Of a stretch of DNA of 64,000 nt, positions 38,768 to 48,571 are shown piece after piece. Location of the stretch: NCBI GenBank assembly GCA_963662655.2, contig CAXXTU010000002.1, forward strand, positions 768,001 to 832,000, in the 5' to 3' direction. The translations under genes were made by a program, and so were the position numbers. How positions within the stretch are numbered: position 1 is the stretch's first letter; every line of letters begins with the position of its first letter. Below the pieces are notes generated by a model. The model was not told the origin of the DNA, did not search any database, and was given only the letters and a program-made list of their open reading frames with translations. This DNA is from Candidatus Cloacimonadales bacterium. Its GTDB lineage: Bacteria; Cloacimonadota; Cloacimonadia; Cloacimonadales; JAIOQZ01.

Positions 38768-40792
38768 GTGGCTAAATATCTTGTAACCAGCGCGCTTCCC
38801 TACGCAAACGGGAAGCTTCATATAGGTCATGTGGCCGGGGCGTATTTGCCGGCTGACATCTTCGTTCGCTTCAAAAAAATGATGGGCGACGACATCATTT
38901 ACATCTGCGGAACCGACGAGCACGGCGCTCCGATCTCGATCCAGGCCGAGTCCGAAGGTGTTACGCCGCGCGAACTGGTCGATCGCAACCACGACAGCAT
39001 CGTCAGGAGCTTTGACGGACTCAACTTCGAGTTCGACAACTTCTCCGGCACCGCGCGTCCTGAGCACGTGAAGCTCTCGCAGGAGTTCTTCTTGAGCTTG
39101 TACGAGAAGGGGTTCATCACGAAACACACGCAGCAGCAGCACTTCTGCGAGCACGACAACCGCTTTCTGGCGGATCGTTACGTGGAAGGAATCTGTCCTT
39201 ATTGCGGCGCGGAAGGCGCACGCGGTGACCAGTGCGACGCCTGTGGCAAGCTGATCGACGCGGTGAAGCTAACCAACCCCGTATGCAAAATCTGCGGGAA
39301 CACGCCGGTCATCAGGGAAACGACGCACTGGTACCTGGATCTTCCCAAGTTCGAACCGGAGCTCCGAGCCTGGCTTGAATCGCGCAAGGACTGGAAGGAC
39401 AACGTGTTCCGGTTCATCATGAGCTGGCTTGACGAAGGTCTCATCGAGCGATCCATAACCCGCGACATCAACTGGGGCGTCCCTGTACCGCTTCCCGAAG
39501 CGGAGGGGAAGGTGCTCTACGTTTGGTTCGACGCGCCCATCGGATACATCTCGTCAACAATCGAGTGGTCGAAAAATATCGGTGAACCGGATCGCTGGGA
39601 AGACTACTGGCTCAATCCCGAGACGAAGCTTATCCACTTCCTCGGCAAGGACAACATCCCGTTCCACACCATTATCTGGCCGTCCATGCTGATGAAGCAG
39701 AACGTGAACTACGTTCTCCCCCACGACGTCCCCGCGAACGAGTACCTCAACCTGGAGGGACAGAAGATTTCCACCAGCCGCAACTGGGCAATCTGGGTGG
39801 AAGATTACCTTAAGTATTTCGAAGGCGACCTGCTTCGTTACGTGCTTGCCGCCAACGCACCTGAATCGAAGGACGCCGATTTCAGTTGGAAAGACTTCCA
39901 GTCTCGCGTGAACGGTGAACTTGCGAACATTCTGGGGAACCTCGCCAACCGCGTACTTAAATTCGCGGAGAAGAGTTTCGAAGGACGCATTACAAAGCCC
40001 GAGACTCTCAGCGCAAAGGCAGCCGAGACGCTCGATGAAGCCAGGAAGATTTCCGGGTGGATTGCCGACGCATACGACACCTACAAGGTTCGCAAGGCGG
40101 TGAAGCTGGCCATGGATATCTGCCGTTTGGGCAATAAATACTTCGACGAGACCGAGCCGTGGAAGACGGTGAAATCCACCCCTGAAACCGCGATGGAAAC
40201 GATGTACATCTGTGCGGAAATCCTGCGCGTCGCCTCGATTGTATTCTCGCCCGTACTCCCGGTGAAAATGACGCAACTCCGCGCAATGTTTGGTTTCGCG
40301 CCCTGCAAGGACTGGCAGGAAATCGATGCGACTGTCTCGAATTACGCGATCGAGAAGATCGAAACGCTCTTTCCACGCATCGAGGACGAAAGGATCGAGG
40401 AGCAGATTCAACTGCTGGTCGAGAACTCGAAACCTGTCGTGGATGAACTTCCCGCGCTCGAGCACAAGGACGAGATCGAGTTTGACGACTTCATGAAGCT
40501 GGAGATTCGTCTGGCGAAAATCCTGCAAGCAGAGAAGATCAAGAAGGCGAATAAACTTCTCAAGCTGCGCGTACGCATCCAGGGCGAAGAACGCGACCTT
40601 GTCGCCGGCATAGCGAAATCGTACGAGCCGGAAGAATTGATTGGAAAAACCGTCGCAATGCTGATTAACCTCAAGCCGCGCAAGATCATGGGAAACATGT
40701 CGCAGGGCATGGTTCTGGCGGCAGAGCACGAAGGAAAGCTTTCGGTGATGGTGCCGGACAAGGATTTCCCGGACGGCTGTGGGATATCGTAA
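38768..40792 (+). CDS. metG: Methionyl-tRNA synthetase with C-terminal tRNA-binding domain
   Basis: TSALPYANG.LHIGH, GTDEHG, zinc knuckle, YVWFDA, GKDN, KISTS. GTG start at 38768. Confidence 0.97.
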   Translation: MAKYLVTSALPYANGKLHIGHVAGAYLPADIFVRFKKMMGDDIIYICGTDEHGAPISIQAESEGVTPRELVDRNHDSIVRSFDGLNFEFDNFSGTARPEHVKLSQEFFLSLYEKGFITKHTQQQHFCEHDNRFLADRYVEGICPYCGAEGARGDQCDACGKLIDAVKLTNPVCKICGNTPVIRETTHWYLDLPKFEPELRAWLESRKDWKDNVFRFIMSWLDEGLIERSITRDINWGVPVPLPEAEGKVLYVWFDAPIGYISSTIEWSKNIGEPDRWEDYWLNPETKLIHFLGKDNIPFHTIIWPSMLMKQNVNYVLPHDVPANEYLNLEGQKISTSRNWAIWVEDYLKYFEGDLLRYVLAANAPESKDADFSWKDFQSRVNGELANILGNLANRVLKFAEKSFEGRITKPETLSAKAAETLDEARKISGWIADAYDTYKVRKAVKLAMDICRLGNKYFDETEPWKTVKSTPETAMETMYICAEILRVASIVFSPVLPVKMTQLRAMFGFAPCKDWQEIDATVSNYAIEKIETLFPRIEDERIEEQIQLLVENSKPVVDELPALEHKDEIEFDDFMKLEIRLAKILQAEKIKKANKLLKLRVRIQGEERDLVAGIAKSYEPEELIGKTVAMLINLKPRKIMGNMSQGMVLAAEHEGKLSVMVPDKDFPDGCGIS

Positions 40793-40808
40793 GCAACAAT
40801 TATTCAAG

Positions 40809-40842
40809 AAAAAGGGAAACAGCTCTGGCCGTTTCCCTTTTT
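40809..40842. terminator. Bidirectional terminator between metG and the hydrogenase operon
   Basis: AAAAAGGGAAAC-10 nt-GTTTCCCTTTTT. Confidence 0.8.
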
Positions 40843-40871
40843 CGTATCAACTCAAACCGTATAGCATTGTA

Positions 40872-41315
40872 TTATATCATTTGAAGTACTTTCTCAACCG
40901 CAAGCGGCAGCGCTTCCTGCACCTCCGACGTGAATGCTTCCGAAAAGGTGTCGATATCTTCGACCTCGATTGCGACGATGATCAGTTCTTCGGGCAGTTT
41001 GGCGCCGTGCTTCCGCATCAGGTCGAATGCCTCGAAGAGCCCCATGTCGTGCGGCGAGGAGTAATGACTGGCGTTGCGGAATTGTTCTCTGCTCAGTTCG
41101 AATACGGAACCCACCGGCATCTGTCCCGTGATGATGGAGTCGATCAGGATGACGCGGTCGTACCCGAGCATCTCGTCCACCACGCGGAATCCCGCTGCGC
41201 TGGCTTCGAGGACGTCGAGATCGGGACGTTGTCGCTTGATCTCGCGCGCCACATGTATACCGATGCCGTCATCGGATAGGATTGGATTACCCAGCCCGAG
41301 GATGAGGGTTTTCAT
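40872..41315 (-). CDS. Hydrogenase maturation protease
   Basis: ILGLGNPILSDDGIG, ILIDS, SPH. Downstream of the NiFe large subunit. Confidence 0.9.
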   Translation of the reverse strand: MKTLILGLGNPILSDDGIGIHVAREIKRQRPDLDVLEASAAGFRVVDEMLGYDRVILIDSIITGQMPVGSVFELSREQFRNASHYSSPHDMGLFEAFDLMRKHGAKLPEELIIVAIEVEDIDTFSEAFTSEVQEALPLAVEKVLQMI

Positions 41316-41340
41316 ATCTGTCTTCAGGCTTATTCCTTTT

Positions 41341-41407
41341 TGTCACCCTTGTGCTGTGATTTTCTCGCGAAGCGAGACAAATCGAATCTCTCAACAGAGT
41401 CGAAGGG
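41341..41407. repeat. REP-like family 2 copy with 47-nt internal replacement
   Basis: Ends TGTCACCCT and GAGTCGAAGGG are identical to the 4252 copy. The centre holds hairpin GATTT..CTCGC-GAA-GCGAG..AAATC. Confidence 0.6.
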
Positions 41408-41530
41408 CGAGTTAATAAATGCCCTTCAGTTCTTCAACTGATCCGTGCTTAACTTCATGAAATCACACAGCATAAAGGTGACACATTTTATAATTCCAAA
41501 AAATCAATATCCGAAACCAACCGATCCACC

Positions 41531-42991
41531 TCAGTCCCTTCTAACCTGCCGGATCGTCTCGCCCCGCGAATCGTGGACATTCACCACCAGCGGCATCTTC
41601 CCCGGCAGGGAGTGCGTCGCGCAGGCCATGCACGGGTCGTACGGACGGAACGCCATTTCGACCATGTTCAATAGTTCGTCGTTGATCACCCCGTCGCGGA
41701 TCAGCATCTTCGCGGCCTTCGCGATCGACATCGACATCGCCGCGGAGTTGTTCACCGTTGCGACGATCAGATTTGCGGCTACGATGATGCCTTTCGGATC
41801 GGTTTTGTAGTGGTGGATGAGGGTGCCGCGCGCGGCTTCGACAATACCAACGCCTTCCGTCGGCGTTTCGGTGGGAAGGTTGCGGATGTCGGGCGAGGTG
41901 ATTGCGGGGTTGCTCAGGAGCCGCACCATGTCCTCCGCCGACTGCATTACTTCTACCAGCCGTGCCCAGTGGAACGCCAGCGTATAGTGCGAGGGCTTGC
42001 CGCCGAGTATCTCGTACATGCGCTCGTATTCCGCCTGCGCCAGCGGCGTCGCCATGCCGTCGGAAGCGTTGAGTCGGGCAAGCGGCGCCACACGATAGAC
42101 GCTGCTCTCCTTGCCGTCGATAAAGCCCTGCCAGCCGATCTTCTTGAGGAATGGGAACTTCATGTAGCTCCAGGGCTCCACGTGCTCCGCAATGTGATCG
42201 AGGTACTCGCCGGGTGTGAATTTCGCGTACTCTTTACCCTCCGGATCGACCACCCGCACATCTCCATCGTAAAAGTTGACCTTGTTATTCTTGTCGACCA
42301 GCCCCATATAGTAGGTCTCGTGCTTGTAGATGTCGCCTACGATCAAATCGACGTAGGTCTTGTTGTTCAGCACGATGTCCTCAAAAATCTTCAGCGTGAA
42401 TTTAGTGAATTCCTCCGCTTCCTGTGCCGTTTTCAGGAACTCAAGACGCTTTTCCTCGGTCAGCGGCTTCGACACACCACCGGGGAGTCCGCCCACCGGG
42501 TGGATGATGCGGCCGAACAGGTGCTGCACCATGTCGCGCACTCTTCTGCGAATGGCAATGACCTGTCCGCCGATCTCCAGCCCTACCTTGCCGATCACCC
42601 CGAGGATGTTCCGTTCCGCCTTGGGCGCGCCGGGCGTCACCACGAAGTCTGGTCCGCCCAGGAAGAAGAAGTGCAGCATGTGATCTTCGAAAATGTAGGC
42701 GTTGTAAACCAGGTTGCGCAGCATGAGCGCGGTGTCGGTCGGTTTGACTTTGTAAACGGCGTCGGCAGCCTTGGTGGAAGCCATGTGGTGCGCCATCGGG
42801 CATACACCGCATATTCTCGGCGTGATGCGCGGCATCTCTTCGACGGGTCTGCCCACGCAGAACTGCTCGAAACCCTTCAGCTCCGGGATTTGCAGGTAGG
42901 CGTTGCTGACATTGCCGTTGTCGTCCAGGAAGATTTCGATCTTACCGTGTCCTTCAAGCCGTGTGATGGGATCGATAGTGACGGTTTTCAT
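41531..42991 (-). CDS. mvhA: [NiFe]-hydrogenase large subunit, group 3c (Hdr-associated)
   Basis: DPITRLEGH, PRICGVCP, EAARGTLIHHY, YDPCMACATH followed by a cleavable tail. Confidence 0.92.
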   Translation of the reverse strand: MKTVTIDPITRLEGHGKIEIFLDDNGNVSNAYLQIPELKGFEQFCVGRPVEEMPRITPRICGVCPMAHHMASTKAADAVYKVKPTDTALMLRNLVYNAYIFEDHMLHFFFLGGPDFVVTPGAPKAERNILGVIGKVGLEIGGQVIAIRRRVRDMVQHLFGRIIHPVGGLPGGVSKPLTEEKRLEFLKTAQEAEEFTKFTLKIFEDIVLNNKTYVDLIVGDIYKHETYYMGLVDKNNKVNFYDGDVRVVDPEGKEYAKFTPGEYLDHIAEHVEPWSYMKFPFLKKIGWQGFIDGKESSVYRVAPLARLNASDGMATPLAQAEYERMYEILGGKPSHYTLAFHWARLVEVMQSAEDMVRLLSNPAITSPDIRNLPTETPTEGVGIVEAARGTLIHHYKTDPKGIIVAANLIVATVNNSAAMSMSIAKAAKMLIRDGVINDELLNMVEMAFRPYDPCMACATHSLPGKMPLVVNVHDSRGETIRQVRRD

Positions 42992-44004
42992 ACGTGCTCC
43001 TTGTTGATTTGCGGCATAACTCTCCTTCCCAGCAGCGATTTCGCAAGGGAGAAACGGTAGAACGTTCCCGCCGGATCGACGATGCTGTCCATGAGCTTCT
43101 TCGTCCTGGCTTCCGGAATCTCCTCTTCCCCATCCAGTCCGGCGATCGAGCCGATAGCGGAGATCATCTTTGCGCCGACGTCGATCACGCCATCGATCGG
43201 ACCATAGCAGCCGCGACAGGGCATGTTCGCCTTGATGCAGCGTCCTTCGCCGTCATCGCCGCAACCGGAGCGCGTCACCGGCCCCATGCAGATTACGCCC
43301 TGGGTCAGGAAGCACTTTTCCGGATCGAGCATCACCTCGGACACTCGTTTGAATTCGTTGATCGAAATCTTGTCCGGCTTGGTGTCGTTGCGCGGACAGG
43401 TATCGCAGAGCGCTTTGGTCGGCCCGAGCACGGAGCCTTTTTCGGGGAGATCTCCGCGCAGAATACTCATGATCGCGTTCATGGTCAGGTGCGGCGCGGG
43501 TGAGCATCCGGGCAGATAGTAATCGACCTCGATCACCTGGTCGGTCGTCTTGACGTCGTCGTGGAACCCGGGCAGCGTCAGTTTTCCCTCCGGCACCTCG
43601 CATTCTGTCTGCGGCACGGTCTTTTGGGGATTATCGATGGACGGGCATTTGTCCAGATACGAGCTTCGGAAGATGGTCTCCCGATCCCAGAAATTGCCCA
43701 GCCCGGGGATGCCGCCGATCTGAGAGCAAGCGCCGAACGATACGATGAGCTGCGCCTTCTGGCGCAGCAACTTCGCCATGTGTGCCTGCTCGTCCGTACG
43801 GATGGCGCCGTTGATAAAGCAGACCGCCATCTCGCCGTCTTTCATCGCCTCCACGTCCGAGTATTTGAAGTCCATCGCGCAGGGCCAGAAGACGATATCG
43901 ACCTTCGCCACCACGTCCAGTATCTTCTCGTGCAGGTCAACGATCGCTTCCTCGCAGCCGCCGCAGGAAGCACACCAGTAAAAACCGATTTTCGGTTTGT
44001 TCAT
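42988..44004 (-). CDS. mvhG: [NiFe]-hydrogenase small subunit
   Basis: Start MNKPKIG after GGAGG. WCASCGGC, FGAC..GGIPG, PGCSP, CMGPVTR.GC, CRGCYG. Confidence 0.9.
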   Translation of the reverse strand: MNKPKIGFYWCASCGGCEEAIVDLHEKILDVVAKVDIVFWPCAMDFKYSDVEAMKDGEMAVCFINGAIRTDEQAHMAKLLRQKAQLIVSFGACSQIGGIPGLGNFWDRETIFRSSYLDKCPSIDNPQKTVPQTECEVPEGKLTLPGFHDDVKTTDQVIEVDYYLPGCSPAPHLTMNAIMSILRGDLPEKGSVLGPTKALCDTCPRNDTKPDKISINEFKRVSEVMLDPEKCFLTQGVICMGPVTRSGCGDDGEGRCIKANMPCRGCYGPIDGVIDVGAKMISAIGSIAGLDGEEEIPEARTKKLMDSIVDPAGTFYRFSLAKSLLGRRVMPQINKEHV

Positions 44005-44042
44005 CCAATCCTCCAGGGGTTTATCGGATGTTCGTTTCCTGC

Positions 44043-44140
44043 TGTCATCCTGAGCGTAGTCGAAGGACAAAGCAGGAAACAGAAACTGTAAGACCAGGCC
44101 TGAATTGCTTTCATATCCTTCGACTCCGCTCAGGATGACA
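44043..44140. repeat. REP-like family 2 inverted doublet (REPIN-like)
   Basis: TGTCATCCTGAGCGTAGTCGAAGGA (44043-44067) and TCCTTCGACTCCGCTCAGGATGACA (44116-44140). Confidence 0.9.
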
Positions 44141-44175
44141 CAGAAAGCAATTCATACACCGATCGCTTTGCATAA

Positions 44176-44598
44176 CTATTCCAGCTCGATCCCGACCTTT
44201 GGCATTGGACCGAGACGTCGAATTTTCTCAGTAAACTGGTTCATCGCCGTTTGGAATTTCTTGCCTTCGCTGGCCGATATCCATTCCAGATGAAACCGCT
44301 CCGGGTCGATGCCAAGCTGCTCCAGCGTCCTCTTGAGCAACATACTCTTGCGCAATGTTTTGTAGTTCCCGGACTGATAATGGCAGTCCCCTGGGTGGCA
44401 TCCGCCGATGAACACACCGTCACAGCCTTCCTTGAACGCCATGAGGATGTGCTGCGGATCGACGCGCGACGAGCACAGCGTCTTGATCGCGATCCCGTTG
44501 GGCGGGTACTTCAGTCGTGACGTTCCGGCAAGATCAGCACCGGCGTACGTACACCACTGGCAGAGAAAACAGACGATTTTCGGTTCGAATTTTTCCAT
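44176..44598 (-). CDS. mvhD: Hydrogenase iron-sulfur subunit delta ([2Fe-2S])
   Basis: FEPKIVCFLCQWCTYAGAD, CSSRVD, GCHPGDCHY, WISASEG. Confidence 0.93.
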   Translation of the reverse strand: MEKFEPKIVCFLCQWCTYAGADLAGTSRLKYPPNGIAIKTLCSSRVDPQHILMAFKEGCDGVFIGGCHPGDCHYQSGNYKTLRKSMLLKRTLEQLGIDPERFHLEWISASEGKKFQTAMNQFTEKIRRLGPMPKVGIELE

Positions 44599-44631
44599 AT
44601 TGCACCCTTTACGATCCTTTACAGGTTTGAT

Positions 44632-44728
44632 TGTCATCCTGAGCGGAGTCGAAGGATAAAATCAAACCATCCTGATCCATTATTCAGTCCTCACTTCTTG
44701 TGTTCCTTCGACTCCGCTCAGGATGACA
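44632..44728. repeat. REP-like family 2 inverted doublet (REPIN-like)
   Basis: TGTCATCCTGAGCGGAGTCGAAGGA (44632-44656) and its exact reverse complement (44704-44728). Confidence 0.9.
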
Positions 44729-44749
44729 CAAGAAGCTTACGACAAGAAG

Positions 44750-46720
44750 CTATATCTCCGAACTGATACTATGACTCGCGATGATGTGAATCATGTTCTC
44801 GATCTGCATGTCGGTCAGATTCTTCTGCTGCGCGGCCCCGGACGGGCAGCCGCTGATGCAGGCACCGCAGCCTTCGCAGAGAATCTCGTTCACCACCACC
44901 ACGCCCAGACGCGGATCCTTCTCCCTTGCGCCGTACGGGCACAAGCCGATGCATATTCCGCAGCCGGAGCAGTGGTCTTGATCGACCGTCGCCACGATCG
45001 GCGAGTGCTGTATTTCGTCGTGCGACAGCAGCGCCAGCACCTTCGCGGCGGTTCCGGACGCCTGCGAGACGGAATCGGGAATATCCTTCGGGCCCTGACA
45101 CGAACCCGCCAGGAAGAATCCCGCCTGGAGGCTCTCCACCGGTCTGAGCTTCGGATGCGCCTCGGTGAAGAATCCGGCGCTGTCCGAGCTGATCTTGAGC
45201 TCGTGGATCAGCTTGTCGGTGCCGTAGCTGGGCACCACGCCCATCGAGAGCACCACCAGATCGGCGTCTACCTCGATGCGCTTGCTGGACAGCGTGTCGA
45301 TCCCGAAGACGCGAAGCTGATCGCCGTGCGGGTAGATGCGAGCCACCTTGCCGCGCACATAGACCACCTCCTCCTCGGAAACCGCCTGCTGCACGAACTC
45401 CTCGTACCGCTTTCCGCCGGCCCTGATATCGATGTAGAACACGTACGGCTGACCGTCGTGAACCTTGTGTTTGTATAGTTTGGCATGCTTGAGCGTGTAC
45501 ATACAGCAGAATTTCGAGCAGTACGGCAGGTGCCTCTCCGGATCGCGCGAGCCGGAGCACTGCACAAAGACGATCTCCTTGGGAACCTTGCCGTCGGACG
45601 GTCTTCGTACCTCGCCATGCGTCGGTCCGGTAGCCGACAGAATCCGCTCGAATTGCAAGCTCGTGATTACGTCCGGGTATTTGCCATAGCCGTATTCCGC
45701 AATTTTCTCGATCGGATAGAGATCGTAGCCTGTCGCCAGCACCACCGCGCCGACCTTCTCCCTGAAAATAGTAGGCTTGGCGTCGTAGCTGATGGCCTTG
45801 GCGTCACACTTGTCGCGGCACTTTCCGCATGCGATCGGTTCCAGACCGAGGCAGTTGTCGACGTCCAGCGTGAATGTCGCCGGAATCGCCTGCGGGAACG
45901 GCATATAGATCGCCTTTCGCCAGGCGAGTCCCTCTTCGTGTTCAGCGGGAACCAGCACCGGACAGGCGTCCGCGCAATCGCCGCACATGTTGCAAATGTC
46001 GGGATTAACGTAGAGCGCTTTCTGTTTAACCTTCACCTCGAAATTGCCGATAAAGCCCTCGATCGATTCGATCTCGCTGTTGACGTAGAGTTTGATGTTC
46101 TTGTGCTTCGCAAGCGCCACCATCTTCGGAGAAAGAATGCACTGGGAGCAATCGAGCGTCGGGAAGGTTTCCGAGAGCTGGATCATGTGACCGCCGATGG
46201 AGGGTTTCTTTTCCACCAGAATCACCTCGTAACCGCCTTCCGCGATGTCGAGCGCTGTCTGGATTCCCGCGATACCGCCTCCGATCACCATAGCTTTCTT
46301 GGTAAGCGGCGCTGTGGACGGGATCAGCGATTCGTTCAGCTTGAGCTTCTCGATAGCGGTCTTGATCACCAGGTTTGCCTTGCGCGTGGCCATCACGCGG
46401 TCGGTGTGTACCCAACTGCATTGCTCGCGGATGTTGGCGATCTCGAGCTGGTACTTGTTCAGTCCCGATTCTTCGAGCACGTTCTGGAAGGTCGATTCGT
46501 GAAGCACGGGTGAGCAGGCGGCAACGACAATTCCCTCCAGGAATTTATCCTGAATCGCCTGCTTGATGCGGTTCTGACCCGGATCGGAGCAGAGGAACAT
46601 GTAGTTCTCGACGTGCTCGACGCCGGGGTAATTGGCGATCTGACGGGTGAGCTTCTCGACATCGACAATCTCACCGATGTTCACGCCGCAATGGCATATG
46701 AATACGCCGATCTTCTTCAT
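44750..46720 (-). CDS. hdrA: Heterodisulfide reductase subunit A (FAD, Fe-S)
   Basis: Start MKKIGVFICHCG. ACSP..HE, NIREQCSW, GGGIAG, TFPTLDC, QCSGSRD, GSCQGPKDI, ferredoxin motifs. Confidence 0.95.
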   Translation of the reverse strand: MKKIGVFICHCGVNIGEIVDVEKLTRQIANYPGVEHVENYMFLCSDPGQNRIKQAIQDKFLEGIVVAACSPVLHESTFQNVLEESGLNKYQLEIANIREQCSWVHTDRVMATRKANLVIKTAIEKLKLNESLIPSTAPLTKKAMVIGGGIAGIQTALDIAEGGYEVILVEKKPSIGGHMIQLSETFPTLDCSQCILSPKMVALAKHKNIKLYVNSEIESIEGFIGNFEVKVKQKALYVNPDICNMCGDCADACPVLVPAEHEEGLAWRKAIYMPFPQAIPATFTLDVDNCLGLEPIACGKCRDKCDAKAISYDAKPTIFREKVGAVVLATGYDLYPIEKIAEYGYGKYPDVITSLQFERILSATGPTHGEVRRPSDGKVPKEIVFVQCSGSRDPERHLPYCSKFCCMYTLKHAKLYKHKVHDGQPYVFYIDIRAGGKRYEEFVQQAVSEEEVVYVRGKVARIYPHGDQLRVFGIDTLSSKRIEVDADLVVLSMGVVPSYGTDKLIHELKISSDSAGFFTEAHPKLRPVESLQAGFFLAGSCQGPKDIPDSVSQASGTAAKVLALLSHDEIQHSPIVATVDQDHCSGCGICIGLCPYGAREKDPRLGVVVVNEILCEGCGACISGCPSGAAQQKNLTDMQIENMIHIIASHSISSEI

Positions 46721-47610
46721 GATCTCACCTCCGGAAGCAGACCTTTTTCGCGCAGGAGCGGTCTCGGATCGATCTCGTGCAGCTTTACCCAGTCTTCGTC
46801 CCAGCCGCCGCCCAACGCGATGGACATCAGCTCGGTGAAGTAGAAAACGGGCATGGTTCTGAACGTATGGAAGGTCTCCTGCGCCAGCTTCTGACGCTGG
46901 TCGAGGTTGAACGCGCAGAGTGGGCAGCTTGTGACGATTGTCTCGCAGCCGGTTTCCCACGCGGAATTGATCAATTCGTAGGTGCGCTTGGCGGTGACGT
47001 CCTTACGCGTGATGGTCTGGTACGCGCCACAGCATTCCAGTCGGTAGGGGAACGCGCGGCTGTCGGCTCCGAGCGCGGTGAAGAGGTCTTCGATGATGCT
47101 CGGATCCTCGAAGTCGTCGATCGCGTAGGCTTCCGGCCTGACCAGCAGGCAGCCGTAGTAGGCACCCACCTTCAGTCCCGTCAGCGCGTTGACGACCTTT
47201 TCTTTGACTTTCTCGAAGGTGATGCGGTCGCGCAGGATGGGCAGCAGGTGCGTCACCTGAACCTTTCCCGTATATTCGAGCGGTTCCTTGTACATGAACT
47301 GATTGACTTTTCGCAGGTTCTCTTTGTCCGAATCGATGAAGTCTTTCGCTCTGCGTATTGTATTGTAACACATGCTGCAAAGCACGGCGAGTTCATCGAT
47401 TCCCTGAGATTCAGCACGTAAAAGGTTTCGTATGGAAGCCAGTTGCAGCATCAGATCATCTGTCGTCTGCGAATAGACGGTACCGCAGCAAACCCAGTCC
47501 TTCATCTCGGTCATGGGCATGCCCAGTTTCTCCATTGCGCGGATTGCGGACTGCTCGAAGTGGCTCGCGTGGTTCTTCAATGTACAGCCTGGATAGTATG
47601 CAAGACTCAT
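46717..47610 (-). CDS. hdrB: Heterodisulfide reductase subunit B (CCG domains)
   Basis: YYPGC, WVCCG, YYGCLL, ECCG, SCPLC..N. Confidence 0.92.
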   Translation of the reverse strand: MSLAYYPGCTLKNHASHFEQSAIRAMEKLGMPMTEMKDWVCCGTVYSQTTDDLMLQLASIRNLLRAESQGIDELAVLCSMCYNTIRRAKDFIDSDKENLRKVNQFMYKEPLEYTGKVQVTHLLPILRDRITFEKVKEKVVNALTGLKVGAYYGCLLVRPEAYAIDDFEDPSIIEDLFTALGADSRAFPYRLECCGAYQTITRKDVTAKRTYELINSAWETGCETIVTSCPLCAFNLDQRQKLAQETFHTFRTMPVFYFTELMSIALGGGWDEDWVKLHEIDPRPLLREKGLLPEVRS

Positions 47611-47625
47611 ATCGTTTATCTCCTT

Positions 47626-48033
47626 CTATCCGGATAGTTTACGGAACACACTCACCAGAACGATCGGCGGTACGTCCTTGAGGTCTTCTTGGCTGACGGA
47701 TGTCGGTTCGACAACACCGATGCGCTGCCGTAGGTTGATCGTCCTCGCGGCTTCCATCACGCGCGAAACATCGATTCCCTTCGGACACCGGCTGGAGCAC
47801 TGAAGGCAGGTCGAGCAGATCCAGATCGTCTCGGACGCCAGTATCTCGTCGATCGCACCCAGTTGCGCCAGACGCAAGACCTGGTTCGGCTTGATGTCCA
47901 TGTACTCCACCACTGCGCAACCGGATGAGCAGTTTCCGCACTGGTAGCAGTCAAACACGTTCTGACCGCTCAGTTCCTGCAACTTCTGCAAGAGCGGATT
48001 GTGCATCTTCTTTCGGGATATTACATATCGCAT
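47626..48033 (-). CDS. hdrC: Heterodisulfide reductase subunit C
   Basis: CYQCGNCSSGC and WICSTCLQCSSRCP. Confidence 0.9.
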   Translation of the reverse strand: MRYVISRKKMHNPLLQKLQELSGQNVFDCYQCGNCSSGCAVVEYMDIKPNQVLRLAQLGAIDEILASETIWICSTCLQCSSRCPKGIDVSRVMEAARTINLRQRIGVVEPTSVSQEDLKDVPPIVLVSVFRKLSG

Positions 48034-48034
48034 G

Positions 48035-48571
48035 TTACTCCCCTTTATAATGATAGCCCGTATCCAGGGCCTTCATGTTCAATTCGAGGAATTTCTTCGG
48101 CACTGATTTCGCGACCGCCTTCTTCATCGCTTCGAATGAACAGACATTCGCCTGCGCGACTGCGAAACCGAGCATCACGATATTGGCGACGATCTTCTTG
48201 CCCAGTTCCTCCGCGATTCTCGTAGCCGGAATCGCTTTGGCGTTGACGCGCGAGTGGTCTTGAAGCTCCTTCACCAAATCAGTGTCGTAAAGAAGGATTC
48301 CGCCGTCACGAAGGTGTGGGAAAAAGGTGTCGTAGCCTTCCTGCGATAGCGCCAGCAGCACGTCGGATGTATCCACCAGCGGGTAATCGACCTCGTTATC
48401 GGAGATCACAACCTGCGAACTGCACGCACCGCCACGGGCCTCGGGTCCGTACGCTTGCGTCATGGAAGCGTTCTTGCCGTCGTGGATCGACGCGGCCTCG
48501 CCCACTATATAGGATGAGAGGATGATGCCCTGTCCGCCAAAACCGCTGATCTTAACTCTAAGGTCTTTCAC
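48035..48571 (-). CDS. korC: 2-oxoacid:ferredoxin oxidoreductase gamma subunit
   Basis: GFGGQG, YGPEARGG, NIVMLG. GTG at 48571 overlaps the beta-subunit TGA. Confidence 0.85.
   Translation of the reverse strand: MKDLRVKISGFGGQGIILSSYIVGEAASIHDGKNASMTQAYGPEARGGACSSQVVISDNEVDYPLVDTSDVLLALSQEGYDTFFPHLRDGGILLYDTDLVKELQDHSRVNAKAIPATRIAEELGKKIVANIVMLGFAVAQANVCSFEAMKKAVAKSVPKKFLELNMKALDTGYHYKGE

Noticed and set aside
41531..46720. Selenocysteine recoding in Mvh/Hdr
   Set aside because: The relevant motifs carry Cys (DPCMAC, CHPGDCHY, TLDCSQC) and the frames have no in-frame TGA.
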